A stretch of DNA of 64,000 bases from an uncultured Bacilli bacterium. Lineage in GTDB: Bacteria; Bacillota_I; Bacilli_A; RF39; UBA660. Within the stretch, counting starts at the first letter, position 1. Every line of letters starts with the position of its first letter. Positions 9,788 through 19,823 of the stretch are shown here, in pieces. The position numbers and the translations under genes were made by a program. Under the pieces are notes generated by a model. The model was not told the origin of the DNA. It did no database searches and saw nothing but the letters and a program-made list of their open reading frames with translations. Location of the stretch: NCBI GenBank assembly GCA_944363735.1, contig CALVVB010000002.1, forward strand, positions 16,349 to 80,348, written 5' to 3'.

Positions 9788-10417
9788 ATGAAGAAGTATA
9801 AAGATTATTTAAATAAAGATCATAAATTTGATAAAAAAACTATGTTAGGGATATTTTGTTTAATAATAGTAATATCAGGAATGTTCGGATGGGCCTATGA
9901 AGTAGTATTTTATTATTTTAACAGTGGGATGAAAGAGATATACTGGCGTGGAGGTAATTTCTTACCTTGGATAAATATTTATGCTATGGGTGCTATATTA
10001 ATATATTTTTTAACTTATAAGAAAAGAAAAAATCCATTATTTGTATTTATAGTAAGTATAATATCTACTGGGATACTTGAATATATTGGTGGAGCCTTTA
10101 TGGAGCATATTATGCATATAAAGTGTTGGGATTATACTAATGAAATATTAAGTTTTGGTAATATTAATGGTTATGTATGTTTAAGAAGTGTTTTAGTCTT
10201 TGGATTTTCGGCCTTATTATTAATATATATAATAGTACCGTTTTGTTTTTATCTAGCGAAAAGAATACCTAGAAAAACATTTTTAATATTAAGTTATACA
10301 ATCTGTGGAATATTCTTATTTGATGAATTATATAATCTAATATTTGCTAATCTTTTAAATCTATCTAGAGCATCAGAAGCTTATAAAAGTATAGGATTTA
10401 AGTACTTATATTTTTAA
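9788..10417 (+). CDS. polytopic membrane protein (putative ABC-transporter type IV / DUF1113-like)
   Basis: Multiple TM helices; GWAYEVVFYYF ... LEYIGGAFMEH ... KCWDY pattern. ATG 9788 follows AAAGGAG, whereas the track start at 9749 is TTG. Confidence 0.55.
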   Translation: MKKYKDYLNKDHKFDKKTMLGIFCLIIVISGMFGWAYEVVFYYFNSGMKEIYWRGGNFLPWINIYAMGAILIYFLTYKKRKNPLFVFIVSIISTGILEYIGGAFMEHIMHIKCWDYTNEILSFGNINGYVCLRSVLVFGFSALLLIYIIVPFCFYLAKRIPRKTFLILSYTICGIFLFDELYNLIFANLLNLSRASEAYKSIGFKYLYF

Positions 10418-10425
10418 ATAATAAT

Positions 10426-10466
10426 AAAAACTACTTTCATTTTAGATTTGAAAGTAGTTTTTATTA
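10426..10466 (+). terminator. intrinsic terminator
   Basis: AAAAACTACTTTCA - loop - TGAAAGTAGTTTTT followed by a T-rich tail, immediately after the stop at 10417. Confidence 0.8.
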
Positions 10467-10616
10467 ATTCAAATTAATTACTGATTTAGTTTCTTGAGTA
10501 AATTGTCTACAATTTTATTAATTTATCTTTTAAAAAATACCAAAATAAAATGTAGGCCTAAACTAGTTCTACCTTTATCTTATATAATACTAAAAATTCC
10601 TTGTAAATTTCTAAAT

Positions 10617-10704
10617 TGGTGCAAGGAAGGAGACTTGAACTCCCACAGTTATATAAACTACTACCCCCTCAAAGTAGCGCGTCTACCTATTCCGCCATCC
10701 TTGC
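10617..10704 (-). tRNA. tRNA-Leu (anticodon GAG)
   Basis: 88-nt cloverleaf folded by hand. Acceptor GCAAGGA/TCCTTGC with an encoded ACCA end. Anticodon stem CTACT/GGTAG with loop TTGAGGG (GAG, G37). Long variable arm. T-arm GGGAG-TTCAAGT-CTCCT. Confidence 0.85.
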
Positions 10705-10720
10705 ATAAAAGAATAGTTAA

Positions 10721-11806
10721 TTACTTAACTATCCAAAATGTTGGTATATCTCTTAAACCATTCTCTCCACCTGCAACAGGATGATTGATAATTTTATTAT
10801 TGATTACTAAAGCACTAGAACTTCCACCATCCATATTAGCAGCATTTACAGCACCATAGTTTTCCATTATCTCTGTTAAATCACCCATATCAGCACCAAT
10901 AGATGTTGCAAGTCGTCCATTTATAACTAAAAATAAAACTATACCATCTTCTCTTTGTCCAATAGCAGTTCTAGGTGCAATACCCCAACCACCATTACCT
11001 TTAACAAAACTACTCTTACCATTAACTATTAAGAATGGCCCAAACTCAATAGCATCTCTAATTCCCATAGCAAGAGCTTCTTCTTTTGTCATCTTACCAA
11101 GGACTAGTTTATTATCATTAGTAAATCCTACAAAGCCTCCACCCATTCTAGCATCTTCATAATCACTTACAACCTCTCCATTTTTTATAACTGTACCATG
11201 AGGTAAGGCTCCATTTGAATTCCAATCAGGATCATAAAAACCACCTGCATTAATAGCAACAACAGCATTTTCTCTCTTTGCAACTGTAGTAATCGCTTCT
11301 CCTCTTTTACCAAGATAAGCCGTTGTTGCAATAGAAACTCTTGATGGATCATATATCGCTACTAAATAACCTTGATATCCACTACCACTAACTTCAATAA
11401 CTTTATATAAATCATTTCCTGGATCTTTTGTTAAAATCTCCTTCTCATACTCATTCTTATATATCTTAGCACTAGAATTATAGTCTTTAAAATTAATTAA
11501 ATCAGGATTAGTATTTTCATCTACTTCAATTATATGATTATTAGCAAGTACTTCATTAATAACATTATCATTATAAAACCAAGTAGCCAAGTATTGATGA
11601 GACATAGAAGTCATCGCTGAAGTTATCCAAAAGTTACGAAAACCATCTATTGGACCATAAAAAAGAAATAAAGAAAAAGAACTTCCAATTATAAACAAAG
11701 ATATTATTATCTTTGTAATTAATTTTTTCTCTTTTCTTTTTTCTTTTTTTATTTCATTAACAATACTAGGCATTAAAATTGTTTTATCTAAATCTTTTTT
11801 ATTCAT
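10721..11806 (-). CDS. phosphodiester glycosidase (NAGPA/DUF2233) family protein, membrane anchored
   Basis: 361 aa. One N-terminal TM helix, then AINAGGF ... GPRTAIGQREDG ... NGR ... AANMDGGSSS, typical of the 'uncovering enzyme'-like family. Confidence 0.75.
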   Translation of the reverse strand: MNKKDLDKTILMPSIVNEIKKEKRKEKKLITKIIISLFIIGSSFSLFLFYGPIDGFRNFWITSAMTSMSHQYLATWFYNDNVINEVLANNHIIEVDENTNPDLINFKDYNSSAKIYKNEYEKEILTKDPGNDLYKVIEVSGSGYQGYLVAIYDPSRVSIATTAYLGKRGEAITTVAKRENAVVAINAGGFYDPDWNSNGALPHGTVIKNGEVVSDYEDARMGGGFVGFTNDNKLVLGKMTKEEALAMGIRDAIEFGPFLIVNGKSSFVKGNGGWGIAPRTAIGQREDGIVLFLVINGRLATSIGADMGDLTEIMENYGAVNAANMDGGSSSALVINNKIINHPVAGGENGLRDIPTFWIVK

Positions 11807-12434
11807 CAGGTACCACTCCTAATATTTTCTCTTCTTCATCACTTATTTCTTGTTCTATATCTTTCTTACCATTATACTCTCTATCACCATTTATGTCTAA
11901 ATAATCTCTATCTAGTTTTATCTCTTCTAATTTAACATCACTACTATTTGTATCATTTAGCCATTTATTATAAGAAGTAATGAGACTATTATAACTCTTA
12001 ACATCACTTATATAAGTATTAACAACTTCTTCATAAGAAGAGATAATCGCTTCACACTTATTATTAGCATCTGCTTCTGGATGTAAGACATTAATACATT
12101 TATCTTTTACTCCATCGTAATCTTTATCTATTTTTTCTAAACTTTCTTTATAACTTTTATACAACTCCTTAAAACTAGTATCATTATCTTTTAGAGTTTG
12201 ATAATACATATCTTTCATAACATTATCATAAATATTATCTCTAATACTATTAAAAGATTCTACATCTGTTTTAAATGTTTCATAAGAATCACGAACAACT
12301 TCCATTCTTTTTCTCACTTCAGCTTGATCATCATTATAATTAATAACAACATAAGATACAATTCCTATAACAATTAATAGAAAACCTATGAATATCATTA
12401 TCCCTATTTTTTTACTATGATGTTTATCTTCCAT
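11799..12434 (-). CDS. hypothetical membrane-anchored helical protein
   Basis: 211 aa. A single N-terminal TM helix and a charged helical ectodomain. Overlaps both neighbouring genes, indicating operon coupling. Confidence 0.5.
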   Translation of the reverse strand: MEDKHHSKKIGIMIFIGFLLIVIGIVSYVVINYNDDQAEVRKRMEVVRDSYETFKTDVESFNSIRDNIYDNVMKDMYYQTLKDNDTSFKELYKSYKESLEKIDKDYDGVKDKCINVLHPEADANNKCEAIISSYEEVVNTYISDVKSYNSLITSYNKWLNDTNSSDVKLEEIKLDRDYLDINGDREYNGKKDIEQEISDEEEKILGVVPDE

Positions 12435-12444
12435 AATTACACTC

Positions 12445-13770
12445 CTAATCTTTCAAAAAATCATTCTTTTCTTGTTTTAATCTCTTTTTTATTTCTTTTC
12501 TTTTTCTTCTTTTATCATTATTTTTAGTATGTAATACTATCAAGAAAATTATTATTAATAAAACGATTAAACAAGTAAGAGCAACAATTATATAAGAACT
12601 AACTTTTAATTCATCTTTTAGATTGTCTACTTCTTCAGTATAGTATCTTCCTATCGTCTTATCAACACTATCATATAAATATAATCCTTTTTTTCCTGTT
12701 TCAACATTTTCTCCATAAATTAAATAGTATTTAGAATCCTTATTTAATTTATAAACGGTATAATTAACACCATCTATTTTAACTGTATATTTTTTATAAT
12801 TAGAAGGAATTTTACCATTATCTAGAAGATGAATAGTGAGTAAATCACTGCCTAATTCTTGATATAAAGTATAATTACCATCATCATAGATATAAAATTT
12901 AATATTACCTTTCTCATCTTTTAAAGCAACTAGAACAATATCTAGGGCTTCTATTTTATAAGCGGGTACTTCCTCATCTTTAATAATAGCAGTTGTTTCT
13001 ACATAATACTTTTTAACTAAATCTTTTAATTCATCAGTTTTTCTAACCACAGTTAAAGTTTCTTTATTAATTTTTACATTAATGGGATTTTTTTCCTTAA
13101 CATTAACTATTATTGTATAGGTTTTAGTAGAGCCATTTTCTGCTGTTACATTAACATTTATAGTATTTGCACCTTCGTGAACTTCTATTTCTCCAGTACC
13201 TGTTATTTTAGCTTTACTATCACTTGCTTTTGCATTAACAGTAACACTAGTAGTATCAGATTCTGCCTCCACTGTGTAACTTGTTGTATTTTTATTAAAT
13301 TCTGGGCTTAAAGTAAGTCCTGAAACATCTAAACTTTCAAGGTTATTATCGCTACTGTAATTAGATTCTACTTCTTCTCTACTGATTAAATTAATTGTTG
13401 TACTATCAGTTGGACTAGTAACTACTTCATTCCATGATGCAATAGCGGTATTTACTACTGATATAGTTGTAGAGCCTGTTCCTTTAACTCTAAAAGTATA
13501 AGTATAACTTTGGTTAGTTTGACCAGGGCCATCAACATAACCAACAACATGAGTATTACCACTTAAAAGTTGTAATTTGCTACTATCGTAATTTAAACTA
13601 TATTCCCAACTTCCTAGTCCACTTGGTTCACTTATATTTACTCTAACTGTTATATTGCCACCAACTGTTCCCGTAGATGTTGTTCCTGCAACACTTATTG
13701 ATGCAGCATCTACAATATAAGGGCAAAAGAAAAGGAAGCTAAGTCCTAATATAAATAATATTTTTTTCAA
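12445..13770 (-). CDS. surface protein: signal peptide, cohesin-like domain, cadherin-like beta-sandwich domain, C-terminal TM anchor
   Basis: 441 aa. ISVAGTTSTGTVGGNITVRVNISEPSGLGSWEYSLNYDSSKLQLLSG is cohesin-like. LESLDVSGLTLSPEFNKNTTSYTVEA...TYTIIVNV is cadherin-like. C-terminal TM helix followed by a KRRKRK tail. Confidence 0.55.
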   Translation of the reverse strand: MKKILFILGLSFLFFCPYIVDAASISVAGTTSTGTVGGNITVRVNISEPSGLGSWEYSLNYDSSKLQLLSGNTHVVGYVDGPGQTNQSYTYTFRVKGTGSTTISVVNTAIASWNEVVTSPTDSTTINLISREEVESNYSSDNNLESLDVSGLTLSPEFNKNTTSYTVEAESDTTSVTVNAKASDSKAKITGTGEIEVHEGANTINVNVTAENGSTKTYTIIVNVKEKNPINVKINKETLTVVRKTDELKDLVKKYYVETTAIIKDEEVPAYKIEALDIVLVALKDEKGNIKFYIYDDGNYTLYQELGSDLLTIHLLDNGKIPSNYKKYTVKIDGVNYTVYKLNKDSKYYLIYGENVETGKKGLYLYDSVDKTIGRYYTEEVDNLKDELKVSSYIIVALTCLIVLLIIIFLIVLHTKNNDKRRKRKEIKKRLKQEKNDFLKD

Positions 13771-13774
13771 GCTA

Positions 13775-15592
13775 TCACTCCTGTTCTATTACATTGTTAC
13801 CAAGGATTTGTTTTTGAACTCTAAGTAGGTCTACCACATCAACTTTACTATCTTTATTAATATCACTAGCTTTCTTATCATAAATAGACAAATTACTACT
13901 TCCTAAAATATCTTTTTGAACTCTTAATAAATCAACAATACTAGTCTTACCATCTCCATTATTATCCCCATAAATAACAACTTTATAAGATTTAGTAGTA
14001 GTTCCATTACTAATTACTAAAGTATCTCCTGTACCAATATTACCACTAGCACTGTTTCCATATCTGTCTAAATAGCTAGTAATTTTTAAGTTAGCATTAA
14101 CACTACTCAATTTACTATTAATTTCATCAATACTTGTATTAAAGGAAATATTAGAAATAACATCACCATCTATCTTAAAGCCAGATCCTACAACCCCAGT
14201 ATTTACATCAATATCAGGAGTTGTAACTATTTCTTCTTCTTTATCATCATCAGGTAAAATCACTTCATTGTCATTAGGCATATTATTATAAACCGGTATT
14301 AAGAACTCATAAGTATTATTTAAAAGGTTATTATTCTTATAACTTTTATAAATACTATATGCTTCTTGTGAATGAGCTCTTATATTAGTCATATACTGAT
14401 GTGTATAAATAGGATATACTGCATCAGGTGATACATTAAATTTTTGATAATATAAAGTGTTTTGATTAGCATTAATATATTTACTAGCAATATATTCAGT
14501 TCCACCCATAATCGCTCTTTCTTTACTATTCCATGGTCTATTATAAGTAGTAACTGAAGCATCAAAACCACCATTTGCCCATATCAAACCTCTAATTTGT
14601 GGAGACTGATAAGAACTATAAGCTCCTATATTAAAGTAATTATATATACCACTATAAGTTTTACCATTACCACAAGAATTAAGAGCATTCCAACTATTAG
14701 GATTACTAGAATAACCTAAATTATTTAAACAACTATTATCAACTGAGAAAGTAAAACTGCCACCTGTAGTGGAAATGCTATCAGTACTTCCTTTTTCTTG
14801 TCTAATTCTACTAGCAAGGTATACTGGACTAACATTATAAGTTCTAGCTGTCTTCATCAAAATATTTAAGTACTCATTTGTATTTAAGAAAGTTCCATTA
14901 GTAACACCTCTTACCGCTTCCTCTGTTTGAATAGATGAGTTATATTTTAAATTTTCAAACATAAATATATACTCTTCAGATAAAAAGTTCCTAGGATCTA
15001 AATAATATGAAACTGTATCTCTACTTGCAACATACCAACCTGGTTCTATCTCTTGATAAACTCCATTTTGATAATATGGCCATTCTTTACTCCTTAAAGT
15101 TTCATCAGAACCATCTACTAAACTTATCTCACCATAATTTTCATTAGTTACTGCAGAATTAAAATCAAGATTAGTAGATACTGCTGTAAATATCCAATTA
15201 GGATGCTTTTCATGTAAAGCTTTTAAATAAGGTAAGTAACTTGCACTAAATCCTTTATTTAACATTTCTTTTTCAAAACTTCCATTAAGATCTACATCAG
15301 CGACATCTATAATGGCTTGATCACTCGAACAAATATATCCTTCTAAATCATTATATCTAACTTTATACCAATCATTCTTACAACCATAGCCACTACCGCC
15401 ATCTGTACTAATTACATCAATTTTAGTTCCTGCCACTAATACTCCATCAGTAACTCCCATTATTAAAGCCCCGCCTGGTTTTTCTCTAAAATATTTATTT
15501 GTATTTAAAACTATGTAACTTTTAGCATTAACAACAGGAATAAAAGTAAAAAGCATAATAAAGACTAGTAAAACACATGTTATTTTCTTCAT
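13775..15592 (-). CDS. secreted SH3b - GH73-like N-acetylglucosaminidase - dockerin protein
   Basis: 605 aa. Signal peptide; SH3b-like WYKVRYNDLEGYICS; YLASRIRQEKGS resembles the GH73 catalytic Glu region. The C-terminus carries two dockerin EF-hand repeats, GDNNGDGKTSIVDLLRVQKDILG and SDINKDSKVDVVDLLRVQKQILG. Confidence 0.65.
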   Translation of the reverse strand: MKKITCVLLVFIMLFTFIPVVNAKSYIVLNTNKYFREKPGGALIMGVTDGVLVAGTKIDVISTDGGSGYGCKNDWYKVRYNDLEGYICSSDQAIIDVADVDLNGSFEKEMLNKGFSASYLPYLKALHEKHPNWIFTAVSTNLDFNSAVTNENYGEISLVDGSDETLRSKEWPYYQNGVYQEIEPGWYVASRDTVSYYLDPRNFLSEEYIFMFENLKYNSSIQTEEAVRGVTNGTFLNTNEYLNILMKTARTYNVSPVYLASRIRQEKGSTDSISTTGGSFTFSVDNSCLNNLGYSSNPNSWNALNSCGNGKTYSGIYNYFNIGAYSSYQSPQIRGLIWANGGFDASVTTYNRPWNSKERAIMGGTEYIASKYINANQNTLYYQKFNVSPDAVYPIYTHQYMTNIRAHSQEAYSIYKSYKNNNLLNNTYEFLIPVYNNMPNDNEVILPDDDKEEEIVTTPDIDVNTGVVGSGFKIDGDVISNISFNTSIDEINSKLSSVNANLKITSYLDRYGNSASGNIGTGDTLVISNGTTTKSYKVVIYGDNNGDGKTSIVDLLRVQKDILGSSNLSIYDKKASDINKDSKVDVVDLLRVQKQILGNNVIEQE

Positions 15593-15768
15593 ACACTATC
15601 AACTCCTATTCTTCTAATTACATTATAACAGAAGATTCGACAAATTTCTCTAAAAAAGAGGAAAATATCGTCAACTTTACAGTACAAACAAAAATACAGT
15701 GGTTGAAAGAAAATAAAATATAGTCTATAATTATAGGGTATAATTTTTGTTTGCGTGGAGGTCATTCA

Positions 15769-17811
15769 ATGAGAAAGAATAAAGAGAATAATGGAGATAA
15801 GAAAAAGAAAAAAAGTAGATTATGGCTTTTAATATTAAGTTTTATAGTTATATTGAGCAATATATTTGCTATTTATAACATTCTTTTATTAGGACCGGTT
15901 GAAGAAGTAATAAGATATATTATTATTGGCGTATTTGTTGTAATAGACTTAGTAATTATCTTTAAAGTTAGATCTAAAAGGCGACATAAAGAAAAAAAAG
16001 TAAGACTTTTTACTACTCTGTTAATTATATATTTGATTATAAATTGTGTAATTAGTGGTTTGATAATGTATGCTTACGGAACCCTTTCTAAAATTAATAG
16101 AGATACGGTTACTTATTCTAGTAGTTTAATAGTACCAATTGATAGTGAAATAGATGATATTAAAGATTTATCTAATAATACGATTGGAATACTATCTGAT
16201 GAAACATCTCCAGAAGGAAATATTATTCCTAATGAAGTAATTGATAAAAATAATTTAAAAGATGATAATGAAATAGTTGAATATGATGATTATTTCACTG
16301 CTATGGCAGATTTATATGATGGTGAAGTTGATTCAATCTTTGTTCCAACTGACTACCCTTCTATGTTTACTAGTATAGAGACATATCAAAATATTGATGA
16401 AGATACAAAAATCATTTTAACTCAAGAGAAAAAAATGAAAAAAACTAGTACTAGAAATTCATCAGCAGGAAAATCTGTAACTGAACCATTTACAATTCTT
16501 TTAATGGGTGTTGACTCTGCTGAAGAAGGATTATCTAAAAACACTGTTGCAAATGGTGATAGTTTAATATTAGTTACATTTAATCCTAATACATTGAATG
16601 CAACCATGCTAAGTATTCCAAGAGATAGTTATGTTCCTATTAGTTGTTGGAGTGGTACTCCTGAAAACAAAATAACTCATGCCGCTGCTTATGGTACTGA
16701 CTGCATGATGAATACTATTGAGAATTATTTTGATGTTACGATTGATTATTATGCTAAAATTAATTTTAAAGGTTTAGTTACTCTTGTTGATACTCTAGGA
16801 GGTATTACTGTTGATGTTCCTCAAGACTTATGTACAGATAACTCTAACCGTGAAGGAGAAGTTTGTATAAATGCTGGAGTTCAAACTTTAAATGGAGAAC
16901 AAGCTTTAGTACTAGCAAGAAACAGAAAACAACTAGCTGCTGGTGATTTAGATAGAGGCTTAAACCAACAATTAGTTATCCAAGGAATATTGAATAAAGT
17001 AAAAGATATGAAAAATATTAATCAAGTTATGGATGTATTAAATACTGTTACTAATAATCTTGATACTAACTTTACAGAACAACAGATTTTATCTTTCTAT
17101 GACATTGCTAAAGATATTATGAATAATGCTCTACAAAAAGATGATGCTGATCTTATTAATATTGAACAGTTATATTTAGATGGTACAGGGCAAATGATTT
17201 ATGATGAAAGAAGTAGATTGGTTTTATGGAATTATGTTCCTAATACAGCAAGTAGAGATGATATAGTAAAAGCAATGAAAATTAATCTTGAACAAGAAGA
17301 ACCTGAAATGATTAAAGAGTTCTCATTTTCTATCAATGATGAAGATTATGAGAAAACAGTAACTGGTTCTGGTCCTTATAAAACAGCATTTACTTATGAT
17401 CTATTACCTGACTTTACAGGAGATAGTATGGAACAAGCTAGAAGTTATGCTAATGCTCATGGATTTAAAATCAGTTTTAGTAATCCTAATGCAGGAGGAT
17501 ATGTAGTTAGTCAAAGTTATCCTGCTAATAAAAGAATAGATTTAATAAGTGGTAGTGTTGTATTAACATTATCAGGAGGAAGTAGTTCTACTGAAGCTAA
17601 AGAACCTAGTGATACACCACCTACTAATAATGATAAGGAAGATGATTCTGATGATAAGCCACCTATTACACCTCCAAGTGGTGATAATTCCGGAACAGGT
17701 CCTGGTGGTAGCGAAAATGGAGGTGGCAATGGTTCTGGAGGCTCTGGTGATGGTGGAACTGGATCTGGGGGTTCTGGAAACGAAACTGAAGAAGGGGTTC
17801 CAACTGAATAA
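15769..17811 (+). CDS. LytR-CpsA-Psr (LCP) family wall-polymer ligase with C-terminal PASTA-like domain and Gly/Ser-rich tail
   Basis: TM region, then LLMGVDS...GDSLILVTFNP...LSIPRDSYV...INFKGLVTLVDTLGGITVDVP...LNGEQALVLARNR (LCP). LPDFTGDSMEQARSYANAHGFKISF...VVSQSYPANKRIDLISGSVVLTLSGG is PASTA-like. ATG 15769 follows GGAGG. Confidence 0.85.
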   Translation: MRKNKENNGDKKKKKSRLWLLILSFIVILSNIFAIYNILLLGPVEEVIRYIIIGVFVVIDLVIIFKVRSKRRHKEKKVRLFTTLLIIYLIINCVISGLIMYAYGTLSKINRDTVTYSSSLIVPIDSEIDDIKDLSNNTIGILSDETSPEGNIIPNEVIDKNNLKDDNEIVEYDDYFTAMADLYDGEVDSIFVPTDYPSMFTSIETYQNIDEDTKIILTQEKKMKKTSTRNSSAGKSVTEPFTILLMGVDSAEEGLSKNTVANGDSLILVTFNPNTLNATMLSIPRDSYVPISCWSGTPENKITHAAAYGTDCMMNTIENYFDVTIDYYAKINFKGLVTLVDTLGGITVDVPQDLCTDNSNREGEVCINAGVQTLNGEQALVLARNRKQLAAGDLDRGLNQQLVIQGILNKVKDMKNINQVMDVLNTVTNNLDTNFTEQQILSFYDIAKDIMNNALQKDDADLINIEQLYLDGTGQMIYDERSRLVLWNYVPNTASRDDIVKAMKINLEQEEPEMIKEFSFSINDEDYEKTVTGSGPYKTAFTYDLLPDFTGDSMEQARSYANAHGFKISFSNPNAGGYVVSQSYPANKRIDLISGSVVLTLSGGSSSTEAKEPSDTPPTNNDKEDDSDDKPPITPPSGDNSGTGPGGSENGGGNGSGGSGDGGTGSGGSGNETEEGVPTE

Positions 17812-17842
17812 AGAGATAGGCAACAAAACTTATCTCTTTTTT
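17811..17842. terminator. bidirectional intrinsic terminator between convergent genes
   Basis: AAGAGATA - 12-nt loop - TATCTCTT followed by TTTT. The reverse strand also ends T-rich. Confidence 0.6.
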
Positions 17843-17851
17843 ATGTATAAA

Positions 17852-18865
17852 TTATAAATTTTCTAAATACTCTACCGCTTCATCAAATGTTCCTATCGCC
17901 TTAATTTCAATATCATAATCGTTCTTTTCCTTTTCTTTTAATGCCTCTTTATAGTTATCCCCTTTAGGCACTAAAAACAAGTCTGCATCAGCTTTCACCG
18001 CTCCATTTAACTTATATTTAACACCACCAATCTCTCCAACAGTACCATCACTATTTATAGTACCAGTTCCAACTATCTTAAGACCATTAGTTAAATCCTC
18101 ATCAGTTAATTTATCGTAAATAGCAAGGGTTAACATTAACCCACCACTTGGTCCTCCTTCACTATCTTTAAAGCTAAGTTTTACTTTAGGATCGGTTTTA
18201 TATTCATAAATAGTACTTACAGAAACACCTGTTACTTTATAGTCTTTTCCTTCTTTAACAGTTGCAGTTACATTACGTTCTTTATCTTCTCTAATAACAG
18301 TTACATTAATCTTATCTCCTACTTCATGATTTTGAATTTCATTAGTATAATCTTCAATATTCTCAATAGTTTTACCATTTATTTTTACTAACTCATCACC
18401 TACTCTTAAGCCACTTTCTTCCTTTTCTTCTACATAAATAATATAAAAGTGTTTACCACTTATACTTACTTCTTTAGAAGCTTTAGAAAAAGCTAACATA
18501 ATAGCAGTTTGATTAGCATTTTCCAAATATATTCTATTTCTAAACATAATATCTTCACTAGTTTCATCTTCATTTAACTCTATATTTTCTTGTTTTTCTA
18601 TATCATATCCTGGAATAATATTTCCTAAAATAAAAGATGCTACATTTCCTTCTAATTCTTTTACATAGGCAAAATTTAAAGATCCAGAACTATTAGAACT
18701 ACCATCAACTATTACTCTATCATTAATGTTGATAGTTCCCCCTCCAGCATAAATATAATATGGTAAGGGATAAGTAAATACAAAGTAACAAATTATTAGA
18801 AATATAATAGTTTTATAATAATCTTTCATAATTTTTTTAACTCTTAAATAAACTTTATTGAGCAT
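17852..18865 (-). CDS. PDZ domain-containing Lon-like S16 protease (YlbL/SepM-like)
   Basis: 337 aa. N-terminal TM helix, a PDZ segment (GDELVKINGKTI), and a Lon protease-like C-terminus (GPSGGLMLTLAIYDKL...GTGTINSDGTVGEIGGV). Confidence 0.8.
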   Translation of the reverse strand: MLNKVYLRVKKIMKDYYKTIIFLIICYFVFTYPLPYYIYAGGGTININDRVIVDGSSNSSGSLNFAYVKELEGNVASFILGNIIPGYDIEKQENIELNEDETSEDIMFRNRIYLENANQTAIMLAFSKASKEVSISGKHFYIIYVEEKEESGLRVGDELVKINGKTIENIEDYTNEIQNHEVGDKINVTVIREDKERNVTATVKEGKDYKVTGVSVSTIYEYKTDPKVKLSFKDSEGGPSGGLMLTLAIYDKLTDEDLTNGLKIVGTGTINSDGTVGEIGGVKYKLNGAVKADADLFLVPKGDNYKEALKEKEKNDYDIEIKAIGTFDEAVEYLENL

Positions 18866-18911
18866 ATCATCATTCCTTTACTATTACATTATACCAAAAG
18901 AAGGTAATAAT

Positions 18912-19823
18912 ATGAAAAAAAAATATCAAGAATTATTTGCAGTACTTATTATTCTTTTTCTTTATCTAGGTATTTTTATTAAGCCATCTTTAATTATAGA
19001 AAGTGGAATTTTAAGTATTAATATCTTTAAAACTAAATTATTTCCTTCCATATTCCCTTTTTTTGTTTTAGCATCATTATTACTAGAACTAGGCATTGCT
19101 ACTAAAATAAGTAATAAAATAAACCCCATTTTCAAAAGATTATTTCATGTAGAGGGTAACAGCTCTTTTATAATTTTAGTTAGTATGATATCAGGATTCC
19201 CTAGTGGTTCTAAATATATTGCAGATAGTTTAAGAGATAAAACTATTGATAGAAATACTGCTAACTATCTTTTAACATTTACGCACTTTGCTAATCCTCT
19301 TTTTGTTTTAGGAACCTGTGGCCTTATTTTAAATAACTTATCACTGGCTTATAAAATATTAATTATTCAGATAGTATCTAATTTAATTCTTGGTATTATT
19401 TTAAGACCTAGAAAGATAAAATCATTTAAAAATATATCTAAATTCCATAATAAAACTATTCTAGAAGCCCTACCTAAAGCGATAAATGAGTCTATTAAAC
19501 TACTTTTATTTATGTTGGGAAGTATTACTTTCTTTATGTTTTTTAGTAAACTACTTACAAATTTTCTATCTTTAAATCCTTTTTTTGAAACTATCATTAC
19601 AGGAATACTTGATATGACTAGTGGTATTAGTTTAGTACCCAGTATTAATACTACTAATTATATAAGTGGATTACTTATTCTAACATTTATAACCTTCGGT
19701 AGTTTTTCTGTTCATTTACAAGTTCTAAATAATATAAAAGAAGAGGATTTAGAATATAAATACTTCTTCTTTGGAAGAGTTATGGAAACTGCTATCGCTC
19801 TACTTATATATATATTGTTTTAG
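18912..19823 (+). CDS. nucleoside-recognition-domain membrane protein (YlbJ-like)
   Basis: Polytopic protein next to the ylbL-like gene, as in Bacillus. ATG 18912 follows AAGAAGG. The track's 5' extension would overlap the divergent gene. Confidence 0.6.
   Translation: MKKKYQELFAVLIILFLYLGIFIKPSLIIESGILSINIFKTKLFPSIFPFFVLASLLLELGIATKISNKINPIFKRLFHVEGNSSFIILVSMISGFPSGSKYIADSLRDKTIDRNTANYLLTFTHFANPLFVLGTCGLILNNLSLAYKILIIQIVSNLILGIILRPRKIKSFKNISKFHNKTILEALPKAINESIKLLLFMLGSITFFMFFSKLLTNFLSLNPFFETIITGILDMTSGISLVPSINTTNYISGLLILTFITFGSFSVHLQVLNNIKEEDLEYKYFFFGRVMETAIALLIYILF

Noticed and set aside
10494-10784. 96-aa plus-strand ORF.
   Set aside because: It runs antisense across the tRNA-Leu gene and into the 3' end of the NAGPA gene. 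The tRNA fold explains the GC-rich stretch.
17517-17857. Cluster of ORFs (17517-17729, 17572-17826, 17609-17857) at the 3' end of the LCP gene.
   Set aside because: These are artefacts of the GC-richer Gly/Ser/Thr low-complexity tail. That codon repetition keeps several frames open.
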